A stretch of 64,000 bases of DNA from Eledone cirrhosa (taxonomy: Eukaryota): contig OZ024744.1 in assembly GCA_964016885.1 (NCBI GenBank), positions 109,802,001 to 109,866,000 on the forward strand. Direction: 5' to 3'. Numbering within the stretch: position 1 is the first letter of the stretch; each line of letters opens with the position of its first letter. The notes below the pieces were generated by a model. That model had not been told where the DNA came from. It saw nothing but the letters and a program-made list of their open reading frames with translations, and ran no database searches. Below, piece after piece: positions 9,620 to 18,933 of this stretch. The translations under genes and the position numbers were made by a program.

Positions 9620-11304
9620 CTTCTTCGTGACTCACAAGGAATTCTACGAAGGTGGTGAGAGCACTTTGATGATCTTTTGAATCAGCCGTCTGTCGTCAGT
9701 GAAGATTTCCTCAATCTCATTCCAGAAAGTCCTGTGAAAGTAGCCCTCGCAGAACCTCCGACGCTTGTGGAGGTTGCAGTGGCTATCTCGAAGCTGAACA
9801 GTGGAAGGTCTCCAGGCATGGATGACATACATGCTGAGCTCCTACAATATGGTGGTGAGAGACTCCTGCAACATCTTAACTCTTTATTTGGCAGGATATG
9901 GGCTAATGAATCCGTACCTGAGGACTGGAGAGATGCAGTAATGGTGGTCTTGTACAAGGGAAAGGGTAACAGGAACGATTGTGGGAACTACAGAGGTATA
10001 TCATTGCTTTCTGTCGTAGGGAAAGTTTTATGTAGGGTGCTTCTAGACCGTCTGCTGACGCACATTGCAGATTGTGTTCTTCCTGAAAGTCAATCTGGTT
10101 TTCGTGCTGGGCGCGGCACTACTGATATGATCTTCTCAGCTAGACAGCTCCAGGAGAAGTGCATGGAACAAGGCTTGGATCTGTATCAGGTTTTTGTAGA
10201 TCTGACAAAAGCTTTCGATACTGTTAACAGAGTGGCATTGTGGAAGGTTCTCCAGAAACTTGGTTGCCCTGATAAGTTCCTTGCTTTAGTTAGATTTTTC
10301 CATGACGACATGAAGGCTTGGGTTAATGTCGGAGGTAACATGTCGGAGCCTATCTCAGTAAAAAATGGAGTGAAACAGGGGGATATTCCAGCACCGACCC
10401 TGTTTTCCATATACTTTGCAATGGTTTTCTGTATTGCATTCAGGAATTGCGAGCATATTTAACATCAGGCGCTTTGCTGCAAAGACAAAAGTATTTAACA
10501 TCAATCATAAGAGACCTCTTGTATGCAGATGATTGCGATCTTGTAACGCACACAGAGAGTGATATGCAGCACATTTTGAATGCATTTTCTGACGCTTGCA
10601 CTGCCCTAGGATTGACTATCAGTCTCAAGAAAACTGTCGTCATGTACCAACCTGCCCCTGGTAAGCAGTACACTGAACCAAATATCTATGTGTATGGTAA
10701 ACGACTGGTTGATCAGTTTGTCTACCTGGGAAGCACTGTCAATCGATACAGCAACCTTGACAGTGAAATCTCACTTAGGATTAGGAAAGCAAGTGATGCT
10801 TTCGGAAAGCTAGAAAGGCGACTCTGGGGTCGGCGAGACATATGCAGGGGGACAAAGGTAAAGGTGTACAAGGCATGTGTGCTCTCTTGTCTTCTTTATG
10901 CATGCGAGATCTGGGTCACATATCGATACTACCTTAAGCAATTGGAGCGTTTCCATCAGATGTGTCTCAGACGGATCCATGGCGTTCAGTGATGTTGAGA
11001 TTTTGGAAAGCTCTATGTGTGACAGTATAGAAGCTCTTGTGCTTAAGCAACGACTCCGTTGGAGTGGTCACCTTGCCAGGATGAAGGATTCTTTTATGGA
11101 GAGTTGGTTAAAGGAAAACGACCGCCACATAAACCAAAAAAGAGGTATAAGGATTCCTTAAAAGCCTCTTTGAAAGACGCTAACATCTCTGCTGATACAT
11201 GGGAAAATATTGCTGCTGATCGTAATAAATAGAGAAAGACTGTATATGAGGGAAAAGTTGCCTTTGAGGCATCTCGAATCGCATACGAGAAAGTAAAGCG
11301 GGAT
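9620..11304 (+). pseudogene. RTE LINE reverse transcriptase and thumb region (disrupted)
   Basis: Motifs GNYRGISLLS, ESQSGFRAGRGTTDMIF, FVDLTKAFDTV, GVKQGD, LLYADD (second frame), FVYLGS, RLRWSGHLARM and KRYKDSLK. Confidence 0.93.
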
Positions 11305-11661
11305 GTGAGGAAGGGCATTGCTGTTGCACTTCCAGACGGCGAGGCTCCTCCTATGGTGCTGACATGCAGCGTATGTGCGAGACTCTGCCTAAGCAAAGCT
11401 GGACTCGAAAGTCATCTTCGCAGTCATAAAGTAAGACCAGTGGTTGACTACCAGGCTGCTGTTGGAGATGCTACTCCTCATGCTTGCCAAACATGTGGTA
11501 GAGAATGTAAATCAGCAGGAGGGCTCAAGCGACATGCAAAAGTACATGAACTCCAACCACAGCCGGCTATTCCCAGTGAATGTTTTGGTTGCCGACTCTA
11601 TGCAAGACATTTTAGATCATTGGCTGAGTTAAAAAGCCACATTCGATCGCAGCGCTGTTAG
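11305..11661 (+). pseudogene. RTE LINE C-terminus with three C2H2-type zinc fingers
   Basis: CSVCARLCLSKAGLESHLRSH, CQTCGRECKSAGGLKRHAKVH and a degenerate CRLYARHFRSLAELKSHIRSQ. Confidence 0.85.
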
Positions 11662-11844
11662 TTGTTATCGTGTGTGTGTGTGTATAGGTATGTTTATGTG
11701 TGTGCGTGTGTGTGTATATATATATGTATATGTATATTATTATTGTTGTTGTTGTCGTTATTATTATTGTTGTTATTATTATTATTATTGTTATTAATGT
11801 ATATGTGTGTTTGTATATATATATATGTGTGTATATATGTATAT

Positions 11845-11884
<40 letters not shown>

Positions 11885-12150
11885 CTTTTTTCTTGTTTTA
11901 TTTTATTTTTTATTTATTTATTAATATATATATATATATAGTAAATATCTTTAAGTCGTTTGGAAGCCTTGACAATGCAAATGGGTAAATCTCCGGGTAA
12001 CAAGATCCGATGGTGGAGAGAGAGATGTAAGTGGGTGTACGTTGAGATGCGTGGTGTGTATAAGACGTGTAGAGGAATGAAGGAAAGAGTATAAAGGATA
12101 AAATAAAAATAACAACACGAGAGAGAGTTACCTTGGGAGAGATTTAATAG

Positions 12151-12187
12151 TCCCTATATATTTCGGATTCACATCCATCAACTGGGG
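12151..12187 (-). ncRNA. Degenerate minimal type I hammerhead in the Penelope pLTR
   Basis: Minus strand reads CCC CAGTTGA T GGAT-GTGA-ATCC GAAA TATA TA GGG. Stem I is CCC/GGG, stem II is 4 bp, and stem III is 1 bp with a palindromic TATA loop. The core has 2 substitutions relative to CUGAUGA. Confidence 0.65.
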
Positions 12188-12584
12188 TTTTTTTTCCGGG
12201 GTGGGGGAAAGGTTGTCTGTCTGACAGGTGCAAAACGCGTCCTCCGCTGTTTGTTGTTTTGAATATCTGAGGTATTCGGCAGAGCGCGCGTGCGCGTGAA
12301 ATGGGGTCGGTCGGGCAGAGGCCGAATGAGGGAGTGGGGTGGCGCTAGCTGTCATTCCATTCTCTGCCTGTTTGTTAAATGTTACTGTGTGTGTGTGTGT
12401 GCGTGTGTTGTTGTCTCGCTTGAGTGTGTGTGTGTGTGTGCGTGTGTTGTTGCCTTGTTCCTCTGTATTGGCAGTGTAGTATGTTCGTATGGTGGAATGC
12501 TACTGTGTGTGTGTGCGCGTGTGTGTGTGTAGTTGTCTCGTTTGTGTGTGTGTGTGTGCGTGTGTTGCTGCATCGTTTGTTAGT

Positions 12585-13157
12585 TTAAACCAGCCATCTC
12601 ATTTCGCTTCTCTCTGATCGGTTGTTTATTTGCGGTTGCAGGCGTTTGATGAAAAGCGCTTCCTTGATACGTAACGTGCCGACGTTTCTTTCAGTCGCTA
12701 GAATTGTGACAATCGGCCTTCCGTCTTTGTTTCCGCATTTGTCTATGTGTTTCCGGAAAGACGAGGCCCTGGATTTAGTGTGTTCCTTGATCCGGATGTG
12801 CAAAGGTCGAATTGTGCTACCTACGTAGTATTGGTTGCACGTGTCACATTCTATCTTATACACGACGTATGTGCGTAGGCAACAGTTCGCATGGCGTATC
12901 GGGTAGTCTCTGAGGGAGCATGCGTCAGTAGATTTCCCGGGTTTCCTGGAGAGGCATCTTCGCAGGGAGGGGCCCGAGTGGGCCAGGTGGATGTCGAGGC
13001 CCTCCCTCCGTATAGCCTTGCGGATAGCGTTGGTGGTTTTCTCGCCCAGGTGTGGAATTTTAAGGAAGCACTTGCCTTGGGTGCCTCTCTGTCTCTTGCG
13101 TCTGGTGTCTCCTATTCTGTCTGTGATCGAGGTAGGGTACCCGTTCGTCTCCAGCAC
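12585..13157 (-). pseudogene. Penelope linker and GIY-YIG endonuclease
   Basis: Motifs LETNGYP, VVYKIECDTCNQYYVGSTIRPLHIRIKEH and IKEALFIKRLQPQIN. Confidence 0.92.
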
Positions 13158-13214
13158 CTCGAGGAATCGCTTGGTATGAGTGACACCACTCGCGGGATTG
13201 CATCTGTTTTTGAT

Positions 13215-14006
13215 TCACGCGATCTCGTTCGTGATGTATCCTCTTTTGGCACTGTTAGGGAGGGCGGACTTGTAGTGAACGAACAGGTCCCTGCAGGCTG
13301 CCTTTCGGTAGAAGTTGCAGTGGATCCTTCCCTGTTCCGTGATGTTGATTCGGAAGTCGAGGAGGGCAAGTGACCCGTCTTCGTTGGGGTGTTCAACACT
13401 GAAGTCAATGTTCTCGTCCGTGTTGTTGAACGTCTCATAGATTCTGTTCGCCGTGTCTTGGGAAGGTGTGAGGATGAGGATATCGTCCACGTACCTTGAG
13501 AAAAAGGCTACGGCGTTGGGGTGGCAGGCGTTGAGTGCCTTGCGTTCGAGGTTGTCCATGTAAGAGATCGCTAGCACACCTGATAGGCTTGATCCCATGG
13601 GCAATCCCGAGGTTTGTTGGTATGTTTGGTCAAGTAATCCGAAGTAGGTGTTGTCGACGACGATGGATAGGAGTTGGTGGATGTCAGTGGTGGTGAGCCT
13701 GAAGCAGTGTAGGTCGGTGGATTGGACGCGTTCCAACAGTATATTGACGGCCGGGAGTGCCGGGACCGAGGTGTAGAGAGCGACTACATCAAGGCTGAAG
13801 GCATATCTGTTATTCCTTCTGGTTTCGGGATCCATTTGATGCAGGCGCTTCAACACCTCCTCGGAGCTGTTGACGTGTCCCGGCAAGGTGTCTAAGATGG
13901 ATTTGTGTATTCTGGCTAGGAGCCATGAAATTTTGTAGAGTGGTCCCTCCACGCTCGATACGATGGGCCTGATCTTCAGGTCGGGTCCCTGTTTGTGTGT
14001 TTTCAC
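13215..14006 (-). pseudogene. Penelope reverse transcriptase (N-truncated)
   Basis: Motifs KTHK...IRPIVS, FSLDVVALYTSVP, QTSGLPMGSSLSGVLA, RYVDDIL, LALLDF, FYRK and HYKSALP. Confidence 0.93.
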
Positions 14007-14055
14007 GAGCCTTGATGTAGTCGCTCTCTACACCTCGGTCCCGGCACATTAGGAT

Positions 14056-14794
14056 ATGGCGACGAGACTACGAACGAGCGAAGCGATTAGGGCATTTACC
14101 GGTGATTAGGGCATTTACTGGTCGCAAGCTTACAGAAGATAGAAGATGTGGCTGACCTCATGGCACTGTACCTCGAGGGGGCGCGTTGGTACTCTTCCTT
14201 GAGTTGGATGAACACAGCCAAAGGGATGCGCAAAAGATTGAGAGGCGCATGATGGAAGCGTTTGCGGAGGGACCGTTAGCCGCTTTTGCTAAGCTGGCAA
14301 GAATTAGATGGAACGGTGAACTCGTTGACATTTTCGCAGCGGAAATACGGCGATTGGCCATGTTGGCTGGATATCAGGTGGAATGCGAACGCACGGCGCG
14401 GTTGGCGTTCATAAATGGATTTCCAGACGACATAGCGGTGAAACTGCAGCAAGTCCCGGGTTACAAAGAAATGGAGATGCGTTCACTGGTGGAGCAAGCC
14501 CGCATCATAGCAGAAGATGCCAAGAAGAGTGTCGCGGCGATAGCAACTACAGAGGCTCAAGACAGTTGGCAGCGGAATGGTGAAAGGGAGGCAACCACAG
14601 TACGCGGTCGCCCGCGAACGTTTAGAGGTCGCTGTTTTAGGTGCTAGGGCCCGCACATAGCGAGAGACTGTAGAGAGTCAAGGCCGGAAATAATATGCTA
14701 CCGGTGTAAGCGACCAGGCCACATCGCTACTAACTGCGACCAGGGAAACGATCCAAGGGGAACTACTGCGCCGGTAGTTTCCCCTTACGAGTAG
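14056..14794 (+). pseudogene. gag: gypsy gag with two CCHC zinc knuckles
   Basis: MATRLRTSEAIRAFTGD start and LYLEGGAL. Knuckles are CFRC*GPHIARDC (premature TAG at 14645-14647) and CYRCKRPGHIATNC. The natural stop is at 14792-14794. Confidence 0.85.
14743..14786 (+). promoter_or_regulatory. -1 programmed ribosomal frameshift signal (G GGA AAC plus downstream stem-loop)
   Basis: The heptamer at 14743-14749 is in the gag frame. It is followed by a 5-nt spacer and the hairpin AAGGGGAACTACTG-CGC-CGGTAGTTTCCCCTT. The -1 frame is open into the protease ORF. Confidence 0.8.
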
Positions 14795-14805
14795 AGGCGC
14801 TGCCC

Positions 14806-17520
14806 GTGGTGGAAGTCTTCGTGAGGGGAAAGCCACAGCGACCCCTCGTGGACACGGGTTGTACGACGATACTGGTGACCGCGGGGGTGGCACAGAGGTG
14901 GAGAGGGAAGAGCAGCGTAAGGGCAGTCGACGGCAGGAAAATTGAATGCAGAGGTCGCAGCGAGATGGAGATGGCGGTACGGAGAAGGAAAATAAGGCTT
15001 TCTGCCATCGTAGTTGACAACGTGGTGGATGGGAACGGCGTGGTTATGGGCGTGGACGCAATTAGCCGTCTAGGAGGCGTCACAGTGAACAACGTCGGTG
15101 TGTCGTTTGGCGGCGCTGCATCGGTATGCGCTGTGAGTACGCGACAGGAGAACGAGAAGGCCCACGAGGAGAAATACCCCGCTTACACTGTGCAGGACAA
15201 AGACTTCAAGACCATGTTCGATGGGCAGCGATGGGTTGTTGAGTGGTACTGGAAGGGAGAACCACCAACACTGAAGACCAAAGTGGGCTGCTATAAACAC
15301 ACATTGAAGGGAAACATTAGGAGCGAGTTCGAGCGAGAGTTAGAGAGAAGGATTGGGAGGGCATACTGATTCCCTGGAAGGAGGAGGTGAAGTGCGGAGT
15401 ATTGCCGTTAATGGCGGTGGCGCAACCCACGAAGAACAAGGTGAGGACGGTACTAGACTTTCGGGAGCTGAACGAGCACGTGGCATGCCACACGGGTGGC
15501 GAGGTCACGGATGTCTGTGGGGAAACCCTGCGTGAGTGGAGACGCATGACGGGGGGTTCCGCAATCGTAGATCTAAAGTCGGCATACTTACAATTACACA
15601 TAGATGAGAAGCTTTGGTAGTATCTGCTGGTCAGGTATAAGGGCCGGAGATATTGCCTGACCAAGCTCGGTTTCGGGCTGAGCTCCGCACCGAAGATCAT
15701 GGCGGCGGTCCTCAAGACCATTCTGGGAAAGGCCGACAAGATGAAGAGGGCCTACATTGACGCCATCCTAGTGGACGAGTCTGTAGTGTCGGCAGCGGAG
15801 GTCACGAGCCATTTACAGGGGTATGGACTGGCTGCGAAGCCGTCAGAAGCGTTGGGGGAGGAGCCGCGCTGGGGCTTAGGCTACGGTAAGACAGGACGGG
15901 CGTCTTGGTATTCCAGAGGGGAAATGAAGTTCCAGAACTGGGCCCAAGTATGAGTAGGTGGGAGCTTTTCTCGATGTGTGGAAAGTTGGTGGGTCACTAC
16001 CCGATTGCTGGGTGGCTCCGGACGGCATGCAGCTATGTCAAGAGACGAGCGGGAGGGGTGACTTGGAGTGACAGAGTGGGAGAGAGGACAGTGGCCATGG
16101 TGCAGGAGATCGTGGAGAGGGTGAAGGCCGACGACCCAGTGCGGGGACGCTGGTATGTTCCCAAATCGCAGAGCGGGACCGTATGGTGCGATGCCAGCAG
16201 CATAGCGCTGGATGTCACGTTGGAGATAGGAGGTGTTGAGGTCGAGGATGCAGCCTGGCTTAGGAAGAAGGACGACTGCAACCACATCAATGTGGCCGAA
16301 CTGAACGCGGTGTTGAGAGGGGTGAACCTCGCCCTGAGGTGGGGTCTGCACACCATCGAGATACGCACCGACTCGGCTACTGTACTTGGATGGGTGAGAT
16401 CAGTGCTCACCAGTGAGAAGAGAGTGCGAACGAGAGGGGCGGCGGAGATGCTGATAAAGCGCCGCCTGGGAACATTAGGAGAGCTGGCCACCGAGTTCGA
16501 CCTGAGGCTGAATGTAGTTTTCGTGCCCTCAGAGAAAAATAGGGCGGACGTCTTAACCAGGGTGAAGAAAGCCTGGATGGAAGCGCCGGAGGAGGTAGAA
16601 GAGGAGATAGCTGCCGTGTGTCGGCTGACCGGAGTCGCATCTGAAAGGGTTGCTTGACATGCATCACATGGGAGTGGATAGGACCCTGTTCCTAGCCAGT
16701 AGAATCGACTCGGACGTTAACAGACACAGTGTTCAAAGGGTGGTTAGAGGCTACGTCCGATGTCAGTCCATTGATCCCGCCCCGGGTGTGCACGAAACGG
16801 GAAGCCTCCCGGTGGATCTCGACTGGAAGCGATTGGTGGTGGATGTAACGCACTACCGACAGGAAACGTACCTCTCGATGGTCGACTGTAGACCAGGATG
16901 GATGGTGATATGGAGGGAGATGAAGACTGGAACGGCCGAGGAAATCATGCGGACGTTGAGAGAGGTGTTCTTGGACAACAGCGAAGCGTTCAGCTCGGAG
17001 GCGCTGAGGGAGATGCTCGATGGATGGAAGGTGGACTGTTTCTTCAGAGCAGCGTGCAGGCCGACCGGAAATGGAATTGTGGAGCGACACCACCGGACGA
17101 TCAAGGCAATGGCGGAGCGGGGCCACATCTCACCAATGGAGGCAGTGTTCTGGTACAACATGTCCCCTCGGGTGGGACAGGTTGAGGAATCGGTGCCACA
17201 CAGAGCAGTATTCAGATACGAGTGGCGGCACCCGTGCACGCCACCACAACGGCCAGTGGGGAGAGAGAGTGGATTCGTGTAGGTGGGCGAAGAAGTCTGG
17301 GTTAAGGCCCCAGATGTACGTTGCACATCTCAATGGGGAAGGGGAACGGTGACGGCTTAAATTCCCAGAACAATGTGTCCGTGGACGGAGTCCCACGTCA
17401 TGTCCTGGATGTCCGTAGAATCACTGTCAACGGACTCCGAGGAAGAGGAAACCCAAAGTGCCTCCCCAACACTGAGGAGATCGCAAAGAAGTCGCAAACC
17501 ACCAACCTGGACAGCAGACT
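14806..17520 (+). pseudogene. pol: gypsy pol (protease, RT, RNase H, integrase), disrupted
   Basis: Protease: LVDTGCT. RT: VRTVLDFRELN, DLKSAYLQ, LGFGLSSAP and YIDA (YxDD mutated). RNase H: WCDAS, INVAEL, RTDS, NRADVLTR. Integrase: HMGVDRT, VDVTHY, LDNSEAF, NGIVERHHRTIK. Confidence 0.92.
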
Positions 17521-17571
17521 TTCATATGCAGAAGGACGAGGGGGAAATTTATCCTTGAGATCAGCGGGGCG

Positions 17572-17844
17572 TGTTGGTATGGTGTAGTGTGCGGTGGCCG
17601 GAAGCTGGGGAGTGCTCGACCGGAAGAGTGCTTGACCGGAAGGGTGCTTGGCCGGAAGGGTGCTCGACTGGAAGGGCCTTCAGATCGGTCTCTCTCTAGT
17701 GGTGATCAGGAACTGTGTGGACGCAAGTTTGGCAGCTCCCGGGTGTTAATGAGTTGGACGCACGTGGAAGAGGAGAAACCAGCCATGGGATTTAGCGGCA
17801 CCTATGAAAAGCGGTAAGTGAGATAGCTTTTTCTAACTACAACT
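17572..17844 (+). repeat. Putative 3' LTR with internal 16-bp tandem repeats
   Basis: Begins TGTTGG after AGATCAGCGGGGCG and ends near CTACAAC. CCGGAAGRGTGCTYGR is repeated about 4-5 times at about 17598-17676. The right boundary is approximate. Confidence 0.55.
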
Positions 17845-17907
17845 AGCACACCATGATTCAGAAATAAAACTACATGTGAACCCATATAAAATGTTTATAT
17901 AATAAGT

Positions 17908-18090
17908 GTTTCTACTTTTTGGCACAAGGCCAGCAATTATCCCAGTGCATTACTGGTACTTTATTTTATCGACCCTGTAAGGATATAAAGGCAAAGTTAA
18001 CCTCGGCGGGATTTGAACTCAGACCATAAAGGGCCGTAACTCTATGCGTCAAAATATGGCGTCCGACCCTCTACCGATACAGCCAATCCA
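17908..18090 (+). mobile_element. SINE-like interspersed repeat (cephalopod-type family), copy 2
   Basis: TTTCTACT...GGCACAAGGCCAGCAATT...CCCAGTGCATTACTGGTACTTTATTTTATCGACCC...AAAGGCAAAGTTAACCTCGGCGGGATTTGAACTCAGA is homologous to 7450-7585. Confidence 0.7.
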
Positions 18091-18295
18091 ATTAACATGC
18101 ATATAGTCTCTCTCTGTAAGTATATTAAGTTGTAAGTATTTAACCAGGTACCTCGGTAACTGTGTAAGGGGCCCTTACGTTTCTACTTCTACAATGTTGT
18201 CCATCAACAATAGCTTGCTACATTTCTTAGAGATTTTGAAAAGTTATTTTAGTATCTCGCGTAAATATACAGACAAAAGATTTAATATGGAAAAA

Positions 18296-18482
18296 AACAC
18301 CATCACCATCACCATCACCATCAACATGACAATAACCATCACCATCACCATCACCATCACCATGACAATAACCATCACCATCACCATCACCTCCACCATC
18401 ACCACCACCATCACCATGACAATAACCATCACCATCACCACCACCTTCATATCACCATCACCATCACCACCACCATCACCTT
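18296..18482. repeat. (ACCATC)n hexamer microsatellite with a recurring CATGACAATA variant
   Basis: Direct reading; the variant occurs three times. Confidence 0.95.
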
Positions 18483-18489
18483 CATGATC

Positions 18490-18518
18490 ACTTCTTCTTC
18501 TTCTTTTTCTTCTTCTTC

Positions 18519-18550
<32 letters not shown>

Positions 18551-18933
18551 CTTCTTTTTCTTCTTTTTCTTTTTCTTTTTCTTTTTCTCCTTCTTATTCT
18601 TCTTCTTCTTCTTCTTCTTCTTCTTCCTTTTCTTCTTTTTCGTTTTCTTCTTCTTCTTCTTCTTCTTCTTCTTCTTCTTCTTCTTCTTCTTCTTCTTCTT
18701 CTTCTTCTTTTTCTTCTTCCTTTACTTCTTTTTCTTTTTCTTTTTCTTTTTCTTTTTCTTTTTCTTTTTCTTTTTTTTCTTCTTCTTCTTTATCTTTTTC
18801 TTTTTCCTTTTTTTTTCTTATTCTTTTCTTCTTCTTCTTCTTCTTCTTCTTCTTCTTCTTCTTCTTCTTCTTCTTCTTCTTCTTCTTCTTCTTCTTCTTC
18901 TTCTTCTTCTTCTTCTTCTTCTTCTTCTTCTTC
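18490..18933. repeat. Polypyrimidine (TTC)n/(TTTTTC)n tract
   Basis: About 440 bp almost free of purines, with pure (TTC)n at about 18827-18933. Confidence 0.97.

Larger units (their letters stand above)
7857..11661 (+). mobile_element. Near-full-length decayed RTE-clade (BovB-like) LINE: 5' UTR, APE endonuclease, RT, C-terminal C2H2 zinc fingers
   Basis: Single-ORF APE-RT architecture with a GC-richer 5' UTR at about 7857-8135. There are in-frame stops at 9617-9619 and 9656-9658 and frame changes near 10460, 10985 and 11090. Confidence 0.92.
11941..14006 (-). mobile_element. 5'-truncated Penelope-like element (Penelope/Poseidon type) with RT, C-terminal GIY-YIG and 3' pLTR
   Basis: RT ORF 13215-14006 and endonuclease ORF 12585-13157 are joined by a frameshift. 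The downstream non-coding region has a (CA)n-rich segment and an HHR relic and ends at (TA)n near 11940. Confidence 0.9.
14056..17844 (+). mobile_element. Decayed Ty3/gypsy LTR retrotransposon (gag-PR-RT-RH-IN, 3' LTR; 5' LTR missing)
   Basis: Domain order PR-RT-RNaseH-IN with multiple stops and frameshifts. A purine-rich tract precedes TGTTGG at 17572. Confidence 0.92.

Noticed and set aside
11305-11661. Host C2H2 zinc-finger gene
   Set aside because: It is contiguous and in frame with the RTE ORF tail (KRYKDSLK...WENIAADR), so it is part of the LINE.
8756-17396. Antisense and alternate-frame ORFs overlapping the LINE, Penelope and gypsy coding regions
   Set aside because: They carry no motifs and are expected shadow ORFs of GC-balanced retroelement coding sequence.
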